Shown piece after piece: positions 28,601 through 37,333 of a DNA stretch of 64,000 nucleotides. The stretch covers positions 992,001 through 1,056,000 of the forward strand of contig CAWELD010000010.1 of NCBI GenBank assembly GCA_963809895.1, written 5' to 3'. This stretch comes from an uncultured Gemmatimonadales bacterium (GTDB taxonomy: Bacteria; Gemmatimonadota; Gemmatimonadetes; Longimicrobiales; Gaopeijiaceae). Positions within the stretch are counted from its first letter, which is position 1. The number at the start of each line of letters is the position of its first letter. A program made the translations under genes and the position numbers. Under the pieces are notes generated by a model. The model worked only from the letters and a program-made list of their open reading frames with translations. It was not told the DNA's origin and did not search any database.

Positions 28601-28815
28601 TTCCAGATGCCGCCCGAGGCCGCGCCCACGTAGGCCACGGCCGGGTTGCCGGGCTCACCCACCACGGCGATGGCGCGATTGCCCGATGGGCCCAGGTGAC
28701 GGAAGGAGAGCGCCGACAGCGTCGCCGGGTCCACGGACTGGGCTCTCGAGACCGTGGGGGGAACCGCCAGCAACAGCGCGGCGAGGAGGACGATGGAGCG
28801 ACACGAGCGATGCAC
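25636..28815 (-). CDS. Secreted VPS10/sortilin-like BNR-repeat protein (glycosyl hydrolase-like)
   Basis: Many S/TxDGGxTW Asp-boxes; signal peptide; C-terminal helical tail. Confidence 0.88.
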   Translation of the reverse strand: MHRSCRSIVLLAALLLAVPPTVSRAQSVDPATLSALSFRHLGPSGNRAIAVVGEPGNPAVAYVGAASGGIWKTENGGVDWRPVFDDFDVQSVGSLALAPTAPNEVWAGTGETFLIRPAVAMGNGIYKSTDAGRTWRHMGLELTGRIGRVEVHPRNHDIVFACALGHAYGPQQERGVYRTTDGGKTWEQVLFVDEDTGCADLDIDPNDPDVLFAGMWSLEIKPWKLGSGGTGGGVYVSRDGGDTWTKLGGGLPAADHAVGKVSVAVAPSDPDRVYALIEDDHPSLYRSDDGGRRWRLVNRNHDMAERASYYTRIAVDPSDPDRIYFASVRFGMSRDGGETLASDPPRGGGDTHDVWIDPTNAKRFMVADDGGATLTLDHGESFLRIALPIAQMYHVHTDNEIPYNVYGNRQDGYSYKGPSNTVAGGISDGDWIGVGGCESGFAVPDTVHGNIVWSGCYDGGLEVYDPATGHVRNVRVWPEASYGWTPKDVRFRWHWTFPIALSPHDPGVVFVGSQYVHRTDDGGQSWEIISPDLTLDDEARQQDSGGKTVDNLYTFDGSVLYAIAESPVQAGVIWAGSNDGQIHVTRDGGESWTNVSANLAGLPPDGQFSNIEPSHYAAGTAYAAVDRHQLADFQPYVYKTTDFGESWQRVDAGIERSVFSFVHVVREDPVREGMLFAGTDNGVWATLDDGAHWFALQGGMPHAPVYWLTVQPHFNDLVVATYGRGIWVMDDITPLRALDAPTLAEDLHLFDPRPAYRFADRTGRYSTATSQVQGRNPSYGADLDWWMAGGGGGRATVEILDASGTVVRSLRGPAQAGMNRLTWDLRHEPPTRPQLRTPPPEMPWIQMGPDGTRRLRTWDLDLTGGQVGPRAVPGDYTVRLTVGDQTRETTLTVLKDPDSSGTVADIRAQVDELLEMRDELDRTATMINRLEWIREQIEDVQARFADEDDGDEVVAAAGEFRTKLLDVEGRLFDLALSGAREDAFRNPMRLYGRLSALASDLSANGSDFPPTDQQVEVHGILQGRLQEATTDMQTLLSTDLAALNAVLRDRALPPIISDR

Positions 28816-29042
28816 GGATGGATCTCCCGTCGAACGAGCTCTTGGATGAGGTGGCTGCTTCAGGGAGCCCAACATGAGCCCGCGCCGGCCTCCGGGCCAA
28901 CCCCGCGAAAAGCCTTGCGGAAAAATATAGTTCGATTTATACCTTGTGGCGTAAGGTTTATGGTGGTCGGCGGCGACCCTCCTTCGCCGACCGCGGGGCG
29001 CCAGGTATCGGGGCGCGGGGTGCGGAGGGGTGGAGAGCGACC

Positions 29043-31493
29043 ATGGGCACGGGACATCATCTGCGCGGGGCGGTCCGCAGGATCCTTCGCAATCCGGGAT
29101 ACGCCGCAGCGTTCGTCCTCACCCTGGGACTGGCCATCGGCGTGAACAGCGCCGTGTTCAGCGTCGTCCGAGGCGTGCTCCTGAAGCCGCTCCCCTTCGA
29201 TGAGGCGGACCGGATCCTGTACCTGCGCCAGCCGGTGGCGGCCGCGGGCGTGCCCAACGCCACGTTTTCCTTCCACGAGGTCGCCGACATCAGGTCGGGA
29301 GTCGAAGCCTTCGACGAGGTGGTGGAGTTCGGCGACTGGACCTTCAGCGTCGTGCCCGGAGGCGACGCCGAGCCCCATCGGGCGGTGGGCGGGCTCGTCA
29401 CGGCGAACTACTTCGAGGTATTGGGGATGCGAGCCGCGCTGGGCCGCACCCTCGTGCCCGACGACGAGCTCGACGGCGCCGAGCCGGTGGCGGTGCTGAC
29501 CGACGCCTACTGGACGCGGGTCTTCGGCGCGGATCCCCGGGTGCTGGGGCGGACGCTGGCCTTGAACGGAAAGCCAGCCCGGGTGGTCGGGGTGCTGGAG
29601 CCCGGAGTCCACTACACCGGCTCCCGGCGCCAGGACTTCTACGTCAACTACGCCACCAACGATCACTACCTCGGCGCCAGCATGCAGGACAGCCGGACGC
29701 ATCGCATGACCGACGTGTTCGCACGCCTCCGTCCCGGAGCCACGCTGGACGTGGCCCGGGCCGAGGCCGGATCGCTGATGGCCCGGCTGCACGACGAGTA
29801 TCCCGACGCCTATCCCGCCAACATGGGATACGACGTGGAGGTGACCCGCTGGCAGGACGAGCTCACCGCACGGGCGCGGCCGGTCTTCCTGCTCCTCATG
29901 GGGACGGTGGCCGCGGTGCTGCTGCTGGCGTGCGCCAACCTGGCCAACCTGACCCTCACCCGCCTGATCCGGCGCGAGGGGGAGCTCGCCACCCGCGGAG
30001 CGTTGGGGGCCACGCCCGAGGAGCTGCGTCGCGGGCTGGTGGCCGAGAACGTCGTGTTGGCCGTGGTGGGGGCCGTGCTGGGACTGGGGCTGGCGGTGGC
30101 GGGCCGGGGGGCGCTGGCCGCGTACGCCGCACGGTTCACGGTCCGCGCCGAGGAGATCGGCGTGGACGGGACGGTGTTCGGGGCCACCCTGGCGGTGGGC
30201 GTCGGCGTCGCCGTGCTGCTGGCGTTCCTGCCGGGCATGCCCGTGGCCCCCGGGGTCGCCGCCGCGTCGGCGTCTCGCACCACGGGCTCCCGCAGGCGCA
30301 AGCGCGCGCAGCGCGGGCTCGTGGTCGCCCAGCTGTCCCTGTCGTTCGCGCTGCTCGCCGGTGCCGGCCTGCTGGTGCGCAGCCTCCTCAACCTTCAATC
30401 CGTGGACCCGGGCTTCCGCACCCGCAACGTGCTCACGCTGCAGGCCTACCAGTCGTTCGCCACCGCCGGACCGGCCCTGTCCAACGACGAGCTCTTCCGT
30501 CAGGTCGAGCACCGCGTCATGGGCTTCCCGGGAGTCACCGCCGTGGGAGTGGCTTCCTTCGCTCCCCTCACCAATCCCATGGTGATGGCCTGGAACTTCA
30601 GGATCGAGGGCGGCGAGACGGCCGGCGGGACGGCCGAAGACGGCACCACGCGGGCGGTCTTCAACTCGGTCACGCCCGGATACTTCGACGCCCTGGGCAT
30701 CCGGCTCGTGCGCGGCCGGTTCCTCACCCGGAGCGACGACGCGGGGAGCGACACGGTGGCCGTGGTGAGCACGGCGTTCGCCGGCACCCACTTCGGTGAC
30801 GCCGACCCCGTGGGCCGGCGCGTGGCCTGGTCCTTCGACGGAGAGTCGTACGGTCCCTGGCACCGCATCGTCGGCGTGGTGGCCGACACGCGCCAGACCG
30901 GCCTGGGCGAGGACGCCGTGCCCATCGTCTACACGGCGGCGGAGCAGTCCGGATACGGTTACACGCTCGTGGCCGCCACCCGGGGCGATCCCGCACCGCT
31001 GGCCCGGGCCGTGGGCGACGCCATCCACGATCTCGATCCGTCCCGACCCGTGGACCGGATCCGCACCATGGACGACCTCATGGCCGAAGACGTGGCCCCC
31101 GCCAGGCTGAACGCCACGCTGTTCGGGGCTTTCGCCCTCCTGGCGCTGGCCATCGCGGCCGTGGGCGTGCTCGGCGTGCTGGCCTTCTCCGTGAGTCAGC
31201 GAACCAGGGAGTTCGGGTTGCGCATGGCCGTGGGCGCCGATCGGACCAGGGTGCTCATGGGGGTTCTGGGAGAGGGCGCGGCCCTGATCCTGGTCTCCCT
31301 GGTCCTGGGCGGGATGGCCGCCGCCTGGGGCGCCAGGCTCCTCGCCGGCCTTCTGTACGGCATCACCCCGCTGGACCCCGCGACCTTCGCCGCCGCGGCC
31401 GGAGCGCTGGCCGTGGTGGCGCTGGGGGCCTCGTTTCTTCCCGCGCGGCGCGCCACCCGCGTGGATCCCATCCAGGCGCTACGCGCCGACTGA
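29043..31493 (+). CDS. ADOP-family permease, copy 4 (no N-terminal extension)
   Basis: TLGLAIGVNSAVFSVV, LACANLANL, QRTREFGLRMAVGA, RVDPIQALR. Confidence 0.92.
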   Translation: MGTGHHLRGAVRRILRNPGYAAAFVLTLGLAIGVNSAVFSVVRGVLLKPLPFDEADRILYLRQPVAAAGVPNATFSFHEVADIRSGVEAFDEVVEFGDWTFSVVPGGDAEPHRAVGGLVTANYFEVLGMRAALGRTLVPDDELDGAEPVAVLTDAYWTRVFGADPRVLGRTLALNGKPARVVGVLEPGVHYTGSRRQDFYVNYATNDHYLGASMQDSRTHRMTDVFARLRPGATLDVARAEAGSLMARLHDEYPDAYPANMGYDVEVTRWQDELTARARPVFLLLMGTVAAVLLLACANLANLTLTRLIRREGELATRGALGATPEELRRGLVAENVVLAVVGAVLGLGLAVAGRGALAAYAARFTVRAEEIGVDGTVFGATLAVGVGVAVLLAFLPGMPVAPGVAAASASRTTGSRRRKRAQRGLVVAQLSLSFALLAGAGLLVRSLLNLQSVDPGFRTRNVLTLQAYQSFATAGPALSNDELFRQVEHRVMGFPGVTAVGVASFAPLTNPMVMAWNFRIEGGETAGGTAEDGTTRAVFNSVTPGYFDALGIRLVRGRFLTRSDDAGSDTVAVVSTAFAGTHFGDADPVGRRVAWSFDGESYGPWHRIVGVVADTRQTGLGEDAVPIVYTAAEQSGYGYTLVAATRGDPAPLARAVGDAIHDLDPSRPVDRIRTMDDLMAEDVAPARLNATLFGAFALLALAIAAVGVLGVLAFSVSQRTREFGLRMAVGADRTRVLMGVLGEGAALILVSLVLGGMAAAWGARLLAGLLYGITPLDPATFAAAAGALAVVALGASFLPARRATRVDPIQALRAD

Positions 31494-31513
31494 GGAGCTG
31501 TCCGGGTACCGTC

Positions 31514-31870
31514 ATGAACCGATCCGTCGATGATTTCGCCCCGCTGAGCACGCCGGTCTTCCACATCCTGCTGGCGTTGGGCCGCGAGGCCCTGCACGGC
31601 TACGGCATCATGGAGGCCATCGAGGAGAAGACCGGGGGCAAAGCGGTCATCCTCCCGGGCACCCTGTACGCCACCATGAATCGCATGCTGGACGACGGCC
31701 TCATCGCCGAAGCCCCGCGTCCCGAGGGGGCCGACGCGCGGCGGAAATACTATCGGATCACGCCGTTGGGTGAACGCGTGGCGGCGGCGGAGTCGGAGCG
31801 GTTGAGGGTGCTCCTGGAGGTGGCCCGTAGCGAGAGGCTGACGCCCGACACGGTGGCGGACGAGGCGTAG
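31514..31870 (+). CDS. PadR family transcriptional regulator
   Basis: FHILLAL..LHGYGI..PGTLYATMNRM..RRKYYRIT. Confidence 0.92.
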   Translation: MNRSVDDFAPLSTPVFHILLALGREALHGYGIMEAIEEKTGGKAVILPGTLYATMNRMLDDGLIAEAPRPEGADARRKYYRITPLGERVAAAESERLRVLLEVARSERLTPDTVADEA

Positions 31871-31876
31871 GGTATC

Positions 31877-34600
31877 ATGTCTTCCCTCCCGGAGCGGCTC
31901 TACCGCCTGTTGCTGCACGCCTATCCGTCGGAATTCCGGCGCCTGTACGCCGACGACATGACCGAGGCCTTCCTGGACCTGCGGCTCAGAGAGGCGTCCA
32001 GGGGACCCGGCGCGCGGCTCCGGCTGTGGGCGGCGACGACCATGGACACCGTGCGCACGGGGTTGTCGGAGCGCGCGTCCAGACGCGGGTATCGACGCGG
32101 TCGCAGCCTGCTCCGGATCCCGCGCACGGGTCTCGTGCAGTGGGGAGCCGACCTCGCGCAGGACCTTGGGTACGCCTTGCGCTCCCTGGGGCGCGCCCGG
32201 GGCTACGCCGCGGTGGTGGTGGTGACGCTGGCGCTGGGCATCGGCGCCACCACGGCTCTTTTCAGCGTCGCCTGGGGGGTGCTGCTCAAGCCGCTGCCCT
32301 TCGGCTCCGGGGAGCGACTGGTGCGCCTGGTCCAGGAGCACGCGCCGGTGACCGATCAGGACCAGGGGTCCCGGCGCATGGGATTCTCCGTCAAGGACCT
32401 GGAGGACTTCGGGTCCCGCACGCCGGGCCTCGAGGCCGTCGCCGAGTACCACCGCATGTCGTTCTCGTTGATCGACGGCGATGGACCCCACGAGATCAGG
32501 GCGGGTGTGGTGTCGTCCAATTTCTTCGATTTTCTGGGCCTCCACGCCTTGAAGGGCCGCGTTTTCAATCCGGTGGAGGACCACCTCGGCGCCGATCCGG
32601 TGCTCGTGCTCTCGTACGAGTACTGGCAGAAGCGCTGGGGGGGCGATCCCGACATCGTGGGGCAAGAGGTCCGCATGAACGGGGCGGTGCACCGGATCGT
32701 CGGAGTCCTCGGTCCCACATCGCAGTTTCCGGACCGCAACGACGTCTTCCTGCCCATCTCCGTGTGCCCCATCCGCTCGAGCCCCGAGTTCATGGCGGAT
32801 CGACAGTCGCGCATGATGTACGCCTATGCCCGGCTGCGTCCCGGGGTCAGTGTCTCCGACGTGCGCGGCGAGCTCCACCAGGTGGCCGAGGACCTGGAGG
32901 CCAGGTACCCGGAGGCCTACGACCTGCCCTCGGGCTACGGCATCGACGCGGTGCCCCTGCGCGAGGAGATGGTGGCCGGCGCCCGGCCGGTGGTGGTGGC
33001 GCTGCTCGGCGTCTCGGGTCTCGTCCTCCTGATCGCGTGCGCAAACGCCGCGTCGCTGGCGCTGGCGCGCGGCAACCGCAGAAGCCGGGAGCTGGCCGTG
33101 CGCACCGCCCTGGGCGCTGGGAGGGGCCGTCTCGTGCGGACCCTCGTCACCGAGAGCGTTCTGCTGGCGCTGGCCGGTGGCATCGTGGGGCTCGTCCTGG
33201 CGTTCGCCGGCCACGACGTGTTGGTGCACTTCGCGGCGCGCTTCACGACGCGGGCCGGCGAGATCACGCTGGATCGTGTCATTTTGGGATTCGCGCTGAC
33301 GACGTCGGTGCTCACGGGGTTGATCTTCGGCGGTGTGCCCGGTCTGCTCGCAGGCCGTGATCCCAGGGCCACCCTGCTCGATTCCGGTGGGCCTTCGACG
33401 CCGGGAGGCCGGAATCGGCGGGCGCAGGGCCTGCTGGTGACGGTCCAGGTGGCGGTGGCGTTCGGGGTGCTGGCGGCGGCGGGGCTCATGCTCAGGAGCG
33501 CCTGGGCCGTGAGCCGTACCGGTGTGGGCTTCGCCACGGAGTCCATGGCGAGCATGCGCGTCGGGCTGGGTGGGCTCCGGTACCGCAGCCGGGCCCAGTC
33601 GGACAGCTTCTTCACGGCGCTCCAGGCGCGCATGCTGGCGCATCCGGCGGTCAGGGACGTAGCGCGCACCATGGGCTCGCCCTTCGAAGGCGGTCACGAT
33701 CACCGCGACGCCTTCTTCATCCGCAGCCCCGACGGCCGCGAGCAGAATTCGGGCGTGGGGCTCTGGCGCGGAGCCGGCGCCGACGTCTTCCGGGTGTTGC
33801 AGGTGCCGGTCCTGCAGGGAAGGGGATTCCTGCCTGGCGACACGCTGGGCGCGCCCCGGGTCGCGCTCGTCAACCAGACCTTCTACCGGCGATACCTGGA
33901 GGGTGTCGTGCCCCTGGGGAGCGAGTTGGTGCGCTGCAATTCGCCCGACGATTGCGACGCGCCCATGACCGTGGTGGGAGTGATGGCCGATGCCCGCTAC
34001 GACGGGCCCGATCAGGCCGTGTTGCCGGAAGTCTATCAGCCCACGGCGCAGTTGGACTGGGGGGGAGAGACCCTCCTCGTCCGCATCGCGGGAGACCCGC
34101 GGGCCATCGGTCCGGCGTTGACCGCGCTCGTGCACGACCTGGACCCCGACGTGCCCGTGTCGCAGTTCGCTCCACTGGAACAGCTGCGTCGCGAGAGCAC
34201 GGCTCCCCGCCGCTTCCTCGCCCTCATTTTGAGCCTGTTCGCCGTAGTGGCCGTGGGGTTGGCGGTGGCGGGCATCTTCGGTGTCGCGTCGCTGGCGGCC
34301 AGCGCGCGCCTTCAGGAGCTGGGCATCCGCCGTGCTCTCGGCGCGGCCCCAGGCTCGCTGGAAGGGCTGGTCGTGGGCGAGGCATTCCGGGTGGTGATTC
34401 CGGGCCTCCTGGCCGGCGGCGTCGCCGCCCTGGCGCTGGACACCTTCCTTGCACGCTTCGTGTGGGGGGTGGCTCCCCACGACCCTCTCACCCTCACGCT
34501 GACCGCGGTGCTTTTTCTGGGGGCGGCCGTGTTGGCCTCGTGGCTTCCCGCCCGGCGGGCGAGCCGCGTGGACGTGATGACGACGCTCAACGCGCCCTGA
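31877..34600 (+). CDS. ADOP-family permease, copy 5
   Basis: TLALGIGATTALFSV, LIACANAASL, RLQELGIRRALGA, PARRASRVD. Confidence 0.92.
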   Translation: MSSLPERLYRLLLHAYPSEFRRLYADDMTEAFLDLRLREASRGPGARLRLWAATTMDTVRTGLSERASRRGYRRGRSLLRIPRTGLVQWGADLAQDLGYALRSLGRARGYAAVVVVTLALGIGATTALFSVAWGVLLKPLPFGSGERLVRLVQEHAPVTDQDQGSRRMGFSVKDLEDFGSRTPGLEAVAEYHRMSFSLIDGDGPHEIRAGVVSSNFFDFLGLHALKGRVFNPVEDHLGADPVLVLSYEYWQKRWGGDPDIVGQEVRMNGAVHRIVGVLGPTSQFPDRNDVFLPISVCPIRSSPEFMADRQSRMMYAYARLRPGVSVSDVRGELHQVAEDLEARYPEAYDLPSGYGIDAVPLREEMVAGARPVVVALLGVSGLVLLIACANAASLALARGNRRSRELAVRTALGAGRGRLVRTLVTESVLLALAGGIVGLVLAFAGHDVLVHFAARFTTRAGEITLDRVILGFALTTSVLTGLIFGGVPGLLAGRDPRATLLDSGGPSTPGGRNRRAQGLLVTVQVAVAFGVLAAAGLMLRSAWAVSRTGVGFATESMASMRVGLGGLRYRSRAQSDSFFTALQARMLAHPAVRDVARTMGSPFEGGHDHRDAFFIRSPDGREQNSGVGLWRGAGADVFRVLQVPVLQGRGFLPGDTLGAPRVALVNQTFYRRYLEGVVPLGSELVRCNSPDDCDAPMTVVGVMADARYDGPDQAVLPEVYQPTAQLDWGGETLLVRIAGDPRAIGPALTALVHDLDPDVPVSQFAPLEQLRRESTAPRRFLALILSLFAVVAVGLAVAGIFGVASLAASARLQELGIRRALGAAPGSLEGLVVGEAFRVVIPGLLAGGVAALALDTFLARFVWGVAPHDPLTLTLTAVLFLGAAVLASWLPARRASRVDVMTTLNAP

Positions 34601-34693
34601 CGGTGTGATTCGAGCCGCACAAGCTGGACGACGATGACGATGACGCGGTGGAGAGCCGCGGCGACGCACCTTCCCTCCCTGGAGGAACGACAC

Positions 34694-35617
34694 ATGACGA
34701 CGCACGCATTCGAGCGCGGTGGACGGTGGATCCTGATCGGCCTGCTGGGCCTCCTGCTGGCGCCCCTGACCGCGCGGGCCCAGTCCGACCTGGTGGTGGA
34801 TGCGGCCTGGCTGAAGCAGCACCTGCACGATCCGGGGCTGGTCCTGTTGCAGGTGGGTCCCGACAGCGCCTTCGATCAGGGGCACATCCCGGGCACGCGC
34901 TTCGTCGACTACGACAGCTGGGTCACTCGTCAGGATCCGTCGGGACTCAGGCTCCAGACGCCCGACCCCGCGGCCTTCCAGGCCCTCCTCAGGAGCCTGG
35001 GCGTCGGGGAGGACTCGGAGCTCCTGGTCTATTGGAGCGAGGAGTGGGTCACGCCCACGGCGCGCATCGTCTTCACCCTGGACTGGGCCGGGTTGGGCGA
35101 GCGCACCCATCTGCTCAACGGAGGACTGGAGGCGTGGGCGGCGGCCGGAGGTGCCGTGACCACCGATGCCACGCCCGACGCCGCGCCTGGTGACGTCGTG
35201 ATCCGCCCCCGGAACTCGCTCGTCGTCGACGCAGACTGGATCCGGGATCACGCCGACGACGGCGCCCTTCTCGATGCCCGTGCGCCCGCCGTGTACGACG
35301 GCGTCAGGGAGGACCAGGGCAAGAAGGGACATCTGCCCGGCGCCCGCAGTCTCCCGTGGCAGGAGCTCTACACCACCGACGACGGTGGCCGTGCGGTGCT
35401 CAAGGATCCCCCGGGGCTGCGCGAAGCGTTCGCGGCCCGGGGGGTGACGCCCGGCGAGCCCGTGACCGTCTATTGCCACATCGGGCAGTTCGCCACGGCC
35501 GTGATCCTGGGCGCGCGTGTGCTGGGGCACCCGGTACGCCTGTACGACGGTTCCTTCCAGGACTGGGCCGCCCGCGATCTTCCGGTGGAGACGGGGGCAG
35601 GCGGGAGAAGGCCGTGA
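34694..35617 (+). CDS. Tandem-domain sulfurtransferase (rhodanese) with signal peptide
   Basis: GHIPG, LNGGL, LLDAR, GHLPGA, YCHIG active-site loop, LYDGSFQDW; ARA-Q cleavage site; GGAGG RBS. Confidence 0.9.
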   Translation: MTTHAFERGGRWILIGLLGLLLAPLTARAQSDLVVDAAWLKQHLHDPGLVLLQVGPDSAFDQGHIPGTRFVDYDSWVTRQDPSGLRLQTPDPAAFQALLRSLGVGEDSELLVYWSEEWVTPTARIVFTLDWAGLGERTHLLNGGLEAWAAAGGAVTTDATPDAAPGDVVIRPRNSLVVDADWIRDHADDGALLDARAPAVYDGVREDQGKKGHLPGARSLPWQELYTTDDGGRAVLKDPPGLREAFAARGVTPGEPVTVYCHIGQFATAVILGARVLGHPVRLYDGSFQDWAARDLPVETGAGGRRP

Positions 35618-36159
35618 GTCGTCGGGCCGCCCGGCCCTTCGCGGATCCGTACCTGGCGGGCGTGGGGCTGGGTCTGGTGCTGCTGGCCGCCTTCGTGACG
35701 GCCGGCCGGGGACTGGGTGCCTCGGGAGCGTTCGCCTCACTGGCGGCCACCGCCGTCGACGCCGTCGCCCCGATCCATGCCCAGGCGCGGGCCCCCTTCG
35801 CGGGCTACCTGGGAGACGGGACGCGCTCGCCCCTGGAGGACTGGATCGTGATCGAGATGGCCGGCGTGCTCCTGGGCGGGCTGGCCTCGGCGTTGCTCGC
35901 CGGACGCTTCCGGGTGGCGGTGGAGGGAGGCACCGGGGTCGGGAATCGTGCCCGGCTGGCCCTGGCCTTCGCCGGCGGTGGCCTCATGGGGACCGGCGCC
36001 ATGCTGGCGCGCGGTTGCACCAGCGGCCTGGCGCTCACCGGTGGTGCGGTGCTGAGCGCCGGCGCCTGGATCTTCATCGTGTGTGCGTTCGGGGCGGGGT
36101 ATCTGGCGGCGCCCCTGGTGCGACGGCAGTGGCCGTCCCGGGACCGGAGGGCGCGGTGA
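35614..36159 (+). CDS. YeeE/YedE family sulfur-compound transporter subunit
   Basis: PYLAGVGLG, GRGLGASG, GAMLARGCTSG. Confidence 0.88.
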   Translation: MSRRAARPFADPYLAGVGLGLVLLAAFVTAGRGLGASGAFASLAATAVDAVAPIHAQARAPFAGYLGDGTRSPLEDWIVIEMAGVLLGGLASALLAGRFRVAVEGGTGVGNRARLALAFAGGGLMGTGAMLARGCTSGLALTGGAVLSAGAWIFIVCAFGAGYLAAPLVRRQWPSRDRRAR

Positions 36160-36713
36160 GCGGGCTGCCCGGCGCCTTCGTGGTGGGCCTGGCCTTCGGG
36201 TGGTTCCTGGAGCGCGGGGGGATGGGTCACGCGCCGAAGCTGGCGGACCAGTTCTACCTGCGTGATCTCACGGTCTTCAAGGTCATGTTCAGCGCGCTGG
36301 TCACCGCCATGCTCGGCATCTTCTGGCTGGGTCGCATGGGGGTGATGGATCCCGGGGCCCTCTTCGTGCCCGAGACCGCACCGTTGGCGCAGACCGTGGG
36401 CGGTGTGGTCTTCGGCGTCGGGTTCGTGGTGGCCGGACTGTGCCCGGGCACGTCGTGCGTGGCGCTCTCGTCGGGACGCCTGGACGGGTTGGCAGCCGCC
36501 GTGGGCATGCTCGTCGGTGTGTATGCGTTCGGCGAGGCGTTTCCCTGGCTGGCCGACCTCTACGACGCCGCCGGGGCCCGCCCGTTGACGCTGCCCCAGG
36601 TCCTGCATGTGTCCACCGGGGTGGTGGTGTCGGCCGTCACGCTCGTGGCGCTCGGGGGATTCCTCGTGGCCGAGTGGCTGGAAGGGCGGGCGCGGCCGGG
36701 CGCCGAAGCGTGA
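36156..36713 (+). CDS. YeeE/YedE family sulfur-compound transporter subunit
   Basis: GLAFGWFLERGG, DLTVFKVMF, GLCPGTS. Confidence 0.88.
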   Translation: MSGLPGAFVVGLAFGWFLERGGMGHAPKLADQFYLRDLTVFKVMFSALVTAMLGIFWLGRMGVMDPGALFVPETAPLAQTVGGVVFGVGFVVAGLCPGTSCVALSSGRLDGLAAAVGMLVGVYAFGEAFPWLADLYDAAGARPLTLPQVLHVSTGVVVSAVTLVALGGFLVAEWLEGRARPGAEA

Positions 36714-37333
36714 CCGCCCGCGAGGCTCGTCCCTGGCTCGCCGGCGCCGCCCTGACCCTGGCGCTGGCGGCCGCCTTCGTGGGAGCACCCCGGCCTGGCG
36801 TCCCGGACCCCGCCGCGCTGGCCCGCCTCCAGGACGACGGCCCGGGAGTGGTGTCGCCGGTCGCCCTGGCCGAGTGGATCCGCCAGGGCCGCAGCGACCT
36901 GCGGCTCCTGGACGTGCGGAGCCGGTCGGACTTCGAGACCTTCCATCTGCCCGGCGCGGAGCACGCGCCCCTGGACAGCCTCCCGCTCCGTAGCCCGGAG
37001 GCGGGCGTCATGGTCGTGGTCTACGGGGAGCGCGACGCCGCCGGAGGCGCCCGCCTGTTGTTGCGTGCCGCCGGACAGGCCAACGTAGTGGGTCTCGAGG
37101 GTGGCGCGCGGGCGTGGGTCGATCAGGTTCTTCGGCCCGTGCTTCCGTTCGGTGCCGACACGACCATGCGGACCACCTTTGCCCATGTGGCCGAGTTGAG
37201 TCGATATTTCGGAGGAACGCCGCGCGAAGCGGGTCCCGACGACCCGGCGGCACCGGCCTGGAGCTGGAGCGACTCGGCGTCGGTGTCCCAGTGGGCGGCC
37301 CGCGAACAGGAACGCAGGGGGTGTGGATGGTAA
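36710..37333 (+). CDS. Membrane-anchored single-domain rhodanese-like protein with C-terminal Cys
   Basis: N-terminal TM segment; LLDVR, FHLPGA, LEGG; loop reads VVVYGE (no Cys); ends RRGCGW. Confidence 0.8.
   Translation: MTAREARPWLAGAALTLALAAAFVGAPRPGVPDPAALARLQDDGPGVVSPVALAEWIRQGRSDLRLLDVRSRSDFETFHLPGAEHAPLDSLPLRSPEAGVMVVVYGERDAAGGARLLLRAAGQANVVGLEGGARAWVDQVLRPVLPFGADTTMRTTFAHVAELSRYFGGTPREAGPDDPAAPAWSWSDSASVSQWAAREQERRGCGW

Noticed and set aside
31196..35740. 1514-aa minus-strand ORF, and many other long antisense ORFs (e.g. 43775-46738, 61176-63635, 27067-29145)
   Set aside because: Shadow ORFs opposite well-supported genes. High GC suppresses stop codons, and the translations are Arg/Gly/Pro-rich with no motifs.
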